Virus record (IMG/VR): IMGVR_UViG_3300035492_000039
Coordinates: 1 to 25,885 of that record
Direction: 5' to 3' (one strand)
DNA: 25,885 nt
Source: a virus
Taxonomy: Duplodnaviria; Caudoviricetes
Shown piece by piece: positions 9,102 through 16,359 of the stretch. The notes under the pieces were generated by a model that was not told where the DNA came from, did not search any database, and worked only from the letters and a program-made list of their open reading frames with translations. A program made the translations under genes and the position numbers. The number at the start of each line of letters is the position of its first letter. The stretch's first letter is position 1.

Positions 9102-9157
9102 GACGCACAAGAGAACGCCAATTCCCCTTTTGAATCATCAGGTTAGGCGCAAATCGA

Positions 9158-9173
9158 CTGTAAAAATAAACAG
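9158..9173. promoter_or_regulatory. LexA (SOS) box
   Basis: CTGTAAAAATAAACAG = CTGT-N8-ACAG with an all-A/T spacer. Confidence 0.65.
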
Positions 9174-9201
9174 CGGTTTGCGCGCTAACTCACTCCTTTA
9201 A

Positions 9202-9214
9202 AATCAAAGACTTG
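9202..9214 (+). promoter_or_regulatory. IHF-binding site
   Basis: AATCAAAGACTTG matches consensus; 12/13 identical to the 9064 site. Confidence 0.7.
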
Positions 9215-9271
9215 CGTTCTGTTTTGGGGAAGATTTACCCCGAAATGCGACGCCATGCCCCATCCTCTGGG

Positions 9272-9291
9272 ACGGATTTCGAATCCGTTTT
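9272..9291 (+). terminator. Hairpin plus short T-tract, possible terminator for the int transcript
   Basis: ACGGATT-TCG-AATCCGT followed by TTT. Confidence 0.35.
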
Positions 9292-9321
9292 CAGCCCAGA
9301 AATAACGGACTGCCATTCCGC

Positions 9322-9334
9322 CAACTTCCTGATT
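9322..9334 (-). promoter_or_regulatory. IHF-binding site
   Basis: Minus strand AATCAGGAAGTTG matches WATCARNNNNTTR. Confidence 0.55.
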
Positions 9335-9443
9335 TTAATGATCATCCCAAAGATCCCTATAGGATGCTGAGGGGATTATTTGGGGGAATGCTCCCCCAAA
9401 ATTGCACCACGGCCTGATTTTTGTCGTCAGGCGAGCACATTAA

Positions 9444-9974
9444 TTAATGTGCGTCGGTCGCCTGCCTCTCCCGCTCCAACTGCTGAAAATACCGCAGCTT
9501 CGCCTGGTCCTCGATCATTCCGGCTCGGATATCCCAAACAGCTGATCCAGCATCTCCACTGAGTTCGAGGGCGGCGACATCGCCCACGCCGCTGCCGGCT
9601 GTGGTTTCGGACACGACAGCGTCGGCGCGGGCAATTCTGACTTGGATACGCAGCTCGCGCCGCTCAGCGTCAGCACCAGCATACATACCCCGCAGCCTTT
9701 CATTATCAGCCTTTGCATCTTCCAGTTCCCCATAGTGTTCTTGATCCAGCGCCTGCATCCGCTCGCGCTCGGCCACCAGCAGCTCCTGCTGCTTTTGCAG
9801 CTGACGCTGCCCTGCCCTTGCAATCTCGCCCAGCGTGTTCGCGTGCGCAGTGTTGGCCCGCTCCAGCGCTGCCTCACCGTTCGCGCCCTGCCAGCTCCAC
9901 CCAACCCCAAACCCCAACAGCACCAGGGCGATCAGGCCGCCAGCCCGCAGCCAGAGCTTGTACTTACTCAGCAT
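9444..9974 (-). CDS. Rz: Rz-like inner-membrane spanin
   Basis: N-terminal TM (LWLRAGGLIALVLLGFGVGWSW), coiled coil, directly downstream of and overlapping the endolysin; GGGGAGG RBS. Confidence 0.88.
   Translation of the reverse strand: MLSKYKLWLRAGGLIALVLLGFGVGWSWQGANGEAALERANTAHANTLGEIARAGQRQLQKQQELLVAERERMQALDQEHYGELEDAKADNERLRGMYAGADAERRELRIQVRIARADAVVSETTAGSGVGDVAALELSGDAGSAVWDIRAGMIEDQAKLRYFQQLERERQATDAH
9515..9718 (-). CDS. Rz1: Rz1-like outer-membrane spanin lipoprotein nested in Rz
   Basis: Alternate frame; hydrophobic signal ending SGAS-C; Pro-rich mature part (LPAPTLSCPKPQPAAAWAMSPPS). Confidence 0.75.
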   Translation of the reverse strand: MQRLIMKGCGVCMLVLTLSGASCVSKSELPAPTLSCPKPQPAAAWAMSPPSNSVEMLDQLFGISEPE

Positions 9975-10507
9975 GCGACCTCCCCACCGCACCCGGCATA
10001 CACAGCCAGCAGCTGCTCTTCCGGCTGCGCCTCTGCAGCCCGCTCATCCGCATAAATCTCCAGCAGCTTGGTCAGCCGGTGTTCGCGCTGGCCATAGCCG
10101 GCGCCGGGCAGGCTGGCCCAGATCGGGGCGGCCAGCTTGATGGCTTCGGTGATATTGCCCTGCTGGATCAGCGGGTAAGCTCCGCATTCCTTCAGTAGCT
10201 TGATGGCGGCCAGATCCTGCGCCTCGGGAATGAAGCGGCCACGGAACCCGTAGTTACGGACGATGGCATCCCAGGTGCGTGACAGGAACTGATACCGGCC
10301 GGCGGCGGTCGAGCGGATGCCGTAGCGTGGCAGAGCGACCGATACACGCGGGTGATCGGCGTAGCCGGTGAACAGCGTGCCGCCAACGAGTACGTTGTAC
10401 CCGTCGTCGCTGCCCGGCACTTGCACTGTGCCCTCAGACCAGCCCAGCATGTCGAGGAACGCGCACACGTTCGCCCCGCCTGCTTTCTCAGCGGTGATTA
10501 CAGTCAT
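9968..10507 (-). CDS. Endolysin, lambda R-type lysozyme/transglycosylase
   Basis: AFLDMLGWSEGT, GYNVLVGG, STAAGRYQFL, QDLAA, IWASLPGAGYGQRE; GGAG RBS before ATG 10507. Confidence 0.95.
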   Translation of the reverse strand: MTVITAEKAGGANVCAFLDMLGWSEGTVQVPGSDDGYNVLVGGTLFTGYADHPRVSVALPRYGIRSTAAGRYQFLSRTWDAIVRNYGFRGRFIPEAQDLAAIKLLKECGAYPLIQQGNITEAIKLAAPIWASLPGAGYGQREHRLTKLLEIYADERAAEAQPEEQLLAVYAGCGGEVAC

Positions 10508-10520
10508 GATTTCTCCAACG

Positions 10521-10542
10521 AAAAAGCCGCCCTGCGGCGGCT
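10521..10542 (-). terminator. Intrinsic terminator upstream of the endolysin
   Basis: Minus strand AGCCGCC-GCAG-GGCGGCT-TTTT. Confidence 0.8.
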
Positions 10543-10667
10543 GTTGTGACGGGGTTATCGTTTGCCGGAGATCACCGGCGACAGCAGCAGCCCGGGCGGG
10601 CATGCTGCTCTGGCTCTACAGGGATGTGGGCGTTCCGATGTACCGCCAGGGATGTGTAGTACCGGCA

Positions 10668-11237
10668 CTACGATACAAGTATTCTACGGATTGGACGGAC
10701 CCGGCGGCTGCTGTCTTTGGGCACGGCTGAGATCAGGTTATATATCAACCACATTACAAAACAGTTTGCTGAGTTTGCTTCTGTCGAGGTCCAATACTGA
10801 TTAGCGCTGCTCGTCGATGCGCTCATTGCCTGTGGTCCACCTGTCTGAAATTCCGCAACGGTGGTCAAATTAGGTGACAGATTGTCATGTATCACCTGCC
10901 ACTCGTCACGGCTCCCCAGATACCAATCGGACTCACCGCTACCGCTGTACCCTGTGCAGTGCTGAGCGGCTGGGTGCTCTGCGGTATCCATCGCAGTTGT
11001 GTTAGCCACCCCGTCGTAGTAAGACCCTGTGCCGAGCGACGTTGTCCGGCTTGTTTTCCATTGTAACGCGGCGACCTCACCGGAGATGTCGGCGACAACT
11101 AACCGGAAAACGCGCGCGTCCGGGTAGGTGATCGTCCCTGCGTAGTACCCCCCTGCGTACGGGGCGCCGATTGCAGGCTCCCCGCCCCCGCCGGCAACTG
11201 AAAACGACCCCAAAAACCCAAATTTTCCGCTACGCAT
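10668..11237 (-). CDS. Putative receptor-binding/tail accessory protein with DUF1566/Lcl-type C-type-lectin fold
   Basis: IGAPYAGGYYAG, DGVANT, AAQHC, DWYLGSRDE, YWTSTE...K....VRPIRR; follows the fibre gene. Confidence 0.7.
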   Translation of the reverse strand: MRSGKFGFLGSFSVAGGGGEPAIGAPYAGGYYAGTITYPDARVFRLVVADISGEVAALQWKTSRTTSLGTGSYYDGVANTTAMDTAEHPAAQHCTGYSGSGESDWYLGSRDEWQVIHDNLSPNLTTVAEFQTGGPQAMSASTSSANQYWTSTEANSANCFVMWLIYNLISAVPKDSSRRVRPIRRILVS

Positions 11238-11238
11238 A

Positions 11239-11895
11239 TTAAGCCACCTGTGCCTCGTAGATAGTCAACCCGCCGTCGTCAGTGTAGTACGACCGAAACG
11301 ATACAGCCCCAGCAGCAGGGTCTGGCTGCGTCGGCGACTGAAACGCAGCAGGGAATGTAACCGTCCAACCGCCAGTGCCGTCCTGCGTCCATTTGATCGT
11401 AAAAACGACAACTTTGCCCGACGGTATATCTGTCAGCGAGAAATCAGTAACGTCCTCCGTCAGAGTGACCGCCAGCCCTGCAGGGTCTGCGAGACTTGCT
11501 GTCAGCACACCGGAACTACTGGACGGCGTCAGCAGCGCATCCCAGCCGCCAGCGCCACCGGCAGACCACTCCGCCCACGCCGAGCCGTCGTACCGATATG
11601 TGATTTCATCGGCAGCACACTCAAATTTCCAACCCTCTTTCGGCGTGATGACGATCCAGCCGCTGCCGGTTCGGTACAGCGCGAGCTTGCCAGCGGCGGC
11701 GCCGGTTACGCCGGCCCATGCGGACGCCATGATGTATAGCGCGCCGTTTGCCGGGCTGCTAGGCGCGTCGGTCAGGGTTCTGCTGATGACGGGCGTTTGC
11801 ACCAGCGCATCCAGCAGCGCGAAAGCCTCGTTGGCATTGATGTAGTTAGCCTGCCCGTTTGCCAGCTCGGTCAGCGACAGATTGGGTGTTGTCAC
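11239..11895 (-). CDS. DUF2793-type tail fibre/adaptor protein
   Basis: TPNLSL...GQA...NEAFALLDALVQ...PANGALYI...GWIVITPKEGW; C-terminal TQDGTGGWTVTFP motif; ATGA overlap. Confidence 0.8.
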   Translation of the reverse strand: MTTPNLSLTELANGQANYINANEAFALLDALVQTPVISRTLTDAPSSPANGALYIMASAWAGVTGAAAGKLALYRTGSGWIVITPKEGWKFECAADEITYRYDGSAWAEWSAGGAGGWDALLTPSSSSGVLTASLADPAGLAVTLTEDVTDFSLTDIPSGKVVVFTIKWTQDGTGGWTVTFPAAFQSPTQPDPAAGAVSFRSYYTDDGGLTIYEAQVA

Positions 11896-14800
11896 AGTGT
11901 TACCTCTCGGACATAGCCGCGTCCTACCACCTCACTGAGCTGATAGATGCGGAACGTGATGGATGACTGGGGCGAGCCGAAGTCGGTTGTTTGGTCGGCA
12001 GCTGAATAGTTGAAGGCGGCAGCGGTGACTGAAATGGTTCGCGCTACGGCGCTGCCATTCATCACGTCGATCTCGTATGCCTCGGCGTACTCGCCAACCG
12101 GGGACACGACGCCGTTAGACCACCAGCTGCTGGACAGCCTGCTGCGGCGGACGAACGTGCCAGTGAGATTGCCGCTGCCGTCCCGCGTGGCGCGGGCATA
12201 TACCGTGCTTAGCGGCTCCAAGTTGACGCCGCGATACGCAAACTCCACGTCGTCGCCGGTATCAAGAGCCGCCCTATTGGTGATGCCTCGATAGATCCGC
12301 TCCAGCGTCAGCGACTCGGACGCCATGTTAATAAACACGTTGTCCGGATCGGTCAGCAGGATGAACCAGTCGCCCACCTCATGCAGCCCGGTCGCCCACT
12401 CTGTGCCACGGTCGCCGCGAACAAAGCCGGAGACGGTATAGCTGCCGTCTGACTCCAGCGCGGCATCCTGAAACCGAACAATCTCCCATCGCCCATCAAC
12501 GCCGTAGGCCGCATAGTTGGAGCCGGACAGCATCTGATCGCGGGTGACGCTCTCAAGATCACCACTGATCAGCAGCACCGGCAGCTCGGTCTGATCGATC
12601 AGATAGCCGTCATGCGCGGCGAGCGTGCCGGAGGCCGAGCCGATGGTGCATTTGGTGTTCCACGCCTCGATATCTACCCAAGTCTGGCCGCTGTCGCCGG
12701 AGCGGTACAGCACGCCGCCCGGCCAGCCGTCGGTATAGCCAGTCATCACGCCAACGAACCCGAGCTGGTTTTGGTACGTCTCATCGACAACCGGAATGTC
12801 CAGCGGCACAAATACGGTCGGGCCTGCAATGCCGATATTGCCGCCGGGGATCACACCCTGCCCGCCGCTCGCGTTCGGAGTGTATACCGCCGCAGCGTTG
12901 GGCTTGGCCTTGACCTCGATGCGCCCGTCTTGCGTGTACTCCATCTCGCTGCACAGCAGCTCATAGTCAGCGTCTGGCGTTTGCACAGTGATGACGTCGC
13001 ACGACTCCAGTGCGAGATACGTCTGCGGCAGCGTGAACGATACGTCAGTGCGCTCGAGCCATGCGCGCGACTGAAGCACTTCGGCAATCCCAGCCGCCTC
13101 ATCTGCGCCCAGCACCAGGGCCAGCTCGCTCTCTACCTCGTTGACCGCCTCGGTGTTGATGCGGGTGGCGGCCTGCTCGCCAATGTCGTATTCACGGGCC
13201 GCATCCAGGTACTTGACGACGGTTTTTGCTGGCAGCTGGCTGTCCATCTCGCGCGACAGTTTGAACACATCGCTGGGCGTGTCGCTGGCGGTGGCGCCCA
13301 GGTCGGCGTAGGGCACGGTCAGCACACTGGCTTGCCCGCGCGATACCGCTTTGAGCTTGTAGCCCGACGGCACGATGTCGAACTGGTAGGCAACGGCCAG
13401 CGGCTCCAGCGCGGAGCGAATAGATCCGCCGGTCACGCGGTAGCCCTTCACCTCCTGAGTGAGCGCTGCGACATCGACATCACCAGCAGACAGCAGGCCG
13501 GACAGCTCGGCCTCGCGCTCGATTATGTCGGCCAGGTACTCGTATCCTGCGCCGCCTCGGTCGGTAAGCTGGTATACGCGACCGCTCTCCGTTATCGCGA
13601 AAAATTGGGCAAAGCAATCTACGTTGCCAGACTCTACATCACTGGTCTGCAGCGCAGCCAGTGGCGAAACCGATGCCCCCCTGATTTCGTAAAGCCGTAA
13701 GGCGTAACTCTGATGTACCAGCAACCGATCACCGCTAACGCAAAAGTTGCGGCGATCCCATCCGTCGCCGGATTGCCCCATCGATTGCGACCACAGAACC
13801 TGCCCTGCAAAATCGATCTCACCGAAATACATCACAAAACCTGATAGCGCGCGAGCAAAGAAGAAGACCCGCCCATCCGCAGACTCCTGCAATCGCATTG
13901 CGCCGGTTTCAATGCCCGGAACGGCGGCCTCGGAAATTGCTCCGTTCTGAGAAAAAATAAATAGCCTATCGTCATTCTCAGGAAGGAATGCCGTATTTGA
14001 ACTTGACAGAAAAGCATGGCAGTCAGCTACGGTTACCGACGCTAGGGAGAAGTCGATAGGAAGCTGCCCGCTTATCGCGCCGGCTACGACGCGGTAAGAG
14101 TTGATGACGAATACCCCATTTTTCGTACCTCGCAGCACCCCGATCCGGTGCGACGCGATGGAGTTAGACCCAGCTCTCGGAACTCTCGCGGAACGCGACT
14201 CGACCGATATTATCTGCCCGGAATGGTTGTACGTCGAATACACGGCAGAGCCGACAAACCACTCCGTTTCTCCGTCATCGAAAAAGTACGAACTGCCCTC
14301 GACAGCGGTCATGAATATCGCATCATCCGAGTATACGATTGCGCCAGAGTACGGGCGGTCGAACATATACACCGGAGCCTCTCTGACCTCCGGAACGACC
14401 AACTCGACCCTAAACTGCGCCCCCTCAAGCGTATTTCCGTAGTCGGTCAGCTCAAAGTCGCGGAACTCGATGTAGCACAGCCCGCGGTGTCCGGTGGCGT
14501 TGCCTACACCCACGTCTGCCTCATAGCGGGCAGTCGGCAGCTGGTCGTCTGAGCCTTTGCAGAAGGTCCATTTGCGCGCTACCTGATTGCTGGCAATGAT
14601 GGTTTCCAGATCATCGCTGCCGGCGTCGTACAGCAGCTTGTCTGAGCACCAGATGCGGCGAATGCCCGCGACCGGACCCTCACACAGCCCCAGATGAAAC
14701 GTGGCAAAGTAGGTGTATTCCTTGGTTGCGCTGGACCCGCCGCCGCCCTTGCCGCCGCTGCTGACCTTGCGCACGCGCTCGCGCAGCTTGTTGTTTTCCA

Positions 14801-15038
14801 GCCACAACACGTTGCCGCTGACAACGATGGTGCTGTATACGCGCGGAATGTCTGCACCGTAGGTGCTGGTCTGGATGCTCAGATCAGACAGGCGCGGGCC
14901 GTCGTAGCCAACACCCAAACCACCTACCAGCGCGCTGCCGGCCAGGCCGATGCCTGCGCCGATCAGCGCGCCGGCAGGCCCGCCCACCAGAAAGCCGACC
15001 GCTCCGCCAACTACAGCGCCGAGAACATTGGAACTCAT
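11892..15038 (-). CDS. Large tail-tip/host-specificity protein (GTA megatron/TipJ-like)
   Basis: GPRLSDLSIQTSTYGADIPRVY, GLCEGP, RIW, WEIVRFQDA, RGDRGTE, EAYEIDV; position after NlpC/P60. Confidence 0.9.
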   Translation of the reverse strand: MSSNVLGAVVGGAVGFLVGGPAGALIGAGIGLAGSALVGGLGVGYDGPRLSDLSIQTSTYGADIPRVYSTIVVSGNVLWLENNKLRERVRKVSSGGKGGGGSSATKEYTYFATFHLGLCEGPVAGIRRIWCSDKLLYDAGSDDLETIIASNQVARKWTFCKGSDDQLPTARYEADVGVGNATGHRGLCYIEFRDFELTDYGNTLEGAQFRVELVVPEVREAPVYMFDRPYSGAIVYSDDAIFMTAVEGSSYFFDDGETEWFVGSAVYSTYNHSGQIISVESRSARVPRAGSNSIASHRIGVLRGTKNGVFVINSYRVVAGAISGQLPIDFSLASVTVADCHAFLSSSNTAFLPENDDRLFIFSQNGAISEAAVPGIETGAMRLQESADGRVFFFARALSGFVMYFGEIDFAGQVLWSQSMGQSGDGWDRRNFCVSGDRLLVHQSYALRLYEIRGASVSPLAALQTSDVESGNVDCFAQFFAITESGRVYQLTDRGGAGYEYLADIIEREAELSGLLSAGDVDVAALTQEVKGYRVTGGSIRSALEPLAVAYQFDIVPSGYKLKAVSRGQASVLTVPYADLGATASDTPSDVFKLSREMDSQLPAKTVVKYLDAAREYDIGEQAATRINTEAVNEVESELALVLGADEAAGIAEVLQSRAWLERTDVSFTLPQTYLALESCDVITVQTPDADYELLCSEMEYTQDGRIEVKAKPNAAAVYTPNASGGQGVIPGGNIGIAGPTVFVPLDIPVVDETYQNQLGFVGVMTGYTDGWPGGVLYRSGDSGQTWVDIEAWNTKCTIGSASGTLAAHDGYLIDQTELPVLLISGDLESVTRDQMLSGSNYAAYGVDGRWEIVRFQDAALESDGSYTVSGFVRGDRGTEWATGLHEVGDWFILLTDPDNVFINMASESLTLERIYRGITNRAALDTGDDVEFAYRGVNLEPLSTVYARATRDGSGNLTGTFVRRSRLSSSWWSNGVVSPVGEYAEAYEIDVMNGSAVARTISVTAAAFNYSAADQTTDFGSPQSSITFRIYQLSEVVGRGYVREVTL

Positions 15039-15460
15039 GCAGAGACCATCCTGTAGGCGCCGGTCACCCGGGCGCGATTGAGTGCGTCGAGCCGGTGGCG
15101 AACCACGCGACCGGACTCTGACGTGCTGTGAATGATGTAGGGGTGCCCGCGCTCAAAGCCGGCGTGCAGGGCGATGTGCTGCGGGTCGCGCGACATGCGC
15201 ATGATCAGCCAATCACCGGGGCCGGCATCCGCAAGGGCAATGCGCTGCAGCGATGGCTGGCTGTCCAGAATGCGTTCCAGCTGGCCATCAAAGGGCGTGC
15301 GGGGGTAACCGCGCTCATCCTGATGCGGCAGGCCAAGGCGCTTGAAGCAGTGCACCAGCAGGCCGGCGCAGTCCATACCCACGCCGGGCACACGGCCCTG
15401 ATGCAAAAACGGGGTATCCATGCACTCCAGCGCAGCGGCAATGATGTCGTCTGGCGTCAT
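15035..15460 (-). CDS. NlpC/P60 tail-associated peptidase
   Basis: TPFLHQGR...GMDCAGL...QHIAL...IIH; ATGA overlaps both sides. Confidence 0.92.
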   Translation of the reverse strand: MTPDDIIAAALECMDTPFLHQGRVPGVGMDCAGLLVHCFKRLGLPHQDERGYPRTPFDGQLERILDSQPSLQRIALADAGPGDWLIMRMSRDPQHIALHAGFERGHPYIIHSTSESGRVVRHRLDALNRARVTGAYRMVSA

Positions 15461-16347
15461 GCTCCGCGCCCCCTCTGGGTGTATTCGGTTTTGCTGGGCA
15501 CGTCTGGCTGGCCGCCGAAGTTGATCACGTTCCCGAACTTGGTCCGGCAATCTGGCCCGCGGCGCTTGCGGCAGCCCGGAATAGCCTCGTACTCATCACC
15601 CACCTGTGCCGGGTACGGCAGGGCCTCATGCAGGGTGAACACCCCGCCGGCAAAAGCCTTGATCTGCGTAGGCTTGAGCCCTGCGTTGTTGCCGGTGGTG
15701 AAGCGGATCTCGCCGTAGCCGAACCAGTCGTCAGCCTCTGCCCTGCCGCTGTCGGTGAACTGGTACTGGCTGGCCACCGCTGTCAGGGTGCCGGTTACCA
15801 GGTAGTCCGCCAGCTGAGGCCCGTCCGGATCAGCGCGCGGCCCGGTGCAGCGGCTGCGATCAGTGGCGATCAAGTTGCCGCCCAAATGCTGATCGAACAG
15901 CGTCCAGGGGCACGACGGGCTGTAGTTGCGGCCAACCTTCTGGCTCAACACGTCCGCCATGCTCATCAGCTGCACGCGGTACTTGTGGTCGGTGATGTCG
16001 ACCTTGCCGAAAAACATCAGGGCCAGCGGCTCTTCATCTTCGACCGGCGCGGCCCAGCTGGTGGCAAACACGTAGACGCGCGCGTTGTCATACGCGCCCA
16101 CCTGCAGGTCATCGAGCGTGATACCGCCTGCCTGCAGGATGCCGTCCAGGTCAATGCCGCTGCCCGACATATCGGAGGTAGACGCCAGGCCGCTGAACTC
16201 ATACCCGCTATCGGAGCGGTATACCTCTCCGTTGCTCATCTTGAGCGCCGTGGGGTAACCGGTCAGCCGGATGATGGGCTGATCGCCAACGGGCTCAATC
16301 CGGGCGCAGTAAACCCGCGTCCGGTAATCGGCGACGTGTGATTTCAT
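15457..16347 (-). CDS. Baseplate hub protein (DUF2163/BR0599-like)
   Basis: YSPSCPW...RC, FGYGEIRFTTGNNAG, PGCRKR...CRTKFGNVINFGG. Confidence 0.9.
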   Translation of the reverse strand: MKSHVADYRTRVYCARIEPVGDQPIIRLTGYPTALKMSNGEVYRSDSGYEFSGLASTSDMSGSGIDLDGILQAGGITLDDLQVGAYDNARVYVFATSWAAPVEDEEPLALMFFGKVDITDHKYRVQLMSMADVLSQKVGRNYSPSCPWTLFDQHLGGNLIATDRSRCTGPRADPDGPQLADYLVTGTLTAVASQYQFTDSGRAEADDWFGYGEIRFTTGNNAGLKPTQIKAFAGGVFTLHEALPYPAQVGDEYEAIPGCRKRRGPDCRTKFGNVINFGGQPDVPSKTEYTQRGRGA

Positions 16348-16359
16348 GTTGAAGCCTTA

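Larger units (their letters stand above)
9011..9400. other. attP region with arm-type repeats; putative core about 9081-9100
   Basis: TTTTGACGA (9014), TTTTGGGGA (9025), ATTGGGGA (9036) at about 11-bp period; TTTTGGGGA (9222); perfect inverted pair TTTGGGGGA/TCCCCCAAA (9379-9400); AT-rich; directly downstream of int. Confidence 0.8.

Noticed and set aside
9002-9443. tRNA/tmRNA fragment as att core
   Set aside because: No T-arm or CCA-type sequence recognised; the yffB-like match explains the core better
9380-9562. 60-aa + strand ORF as target of the SOS box
   Set aside because: TTG start inside an arm-type inverted repeat, over 200 nt from the box, and antisense to Rz
10508-10603. N-terminal extension of the endolysin
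   Set aside because: Runs through a terminator; RBS supports ATG 10507
10560-11237. Complete diversity-generating retroelement
   Set aside because: No reverse transcriptase, accessory gene or template repeat seen in the window
12612-13700. 362-aa + strand ORF
   Set aside because: Antisense shadow of the tail-tip gene
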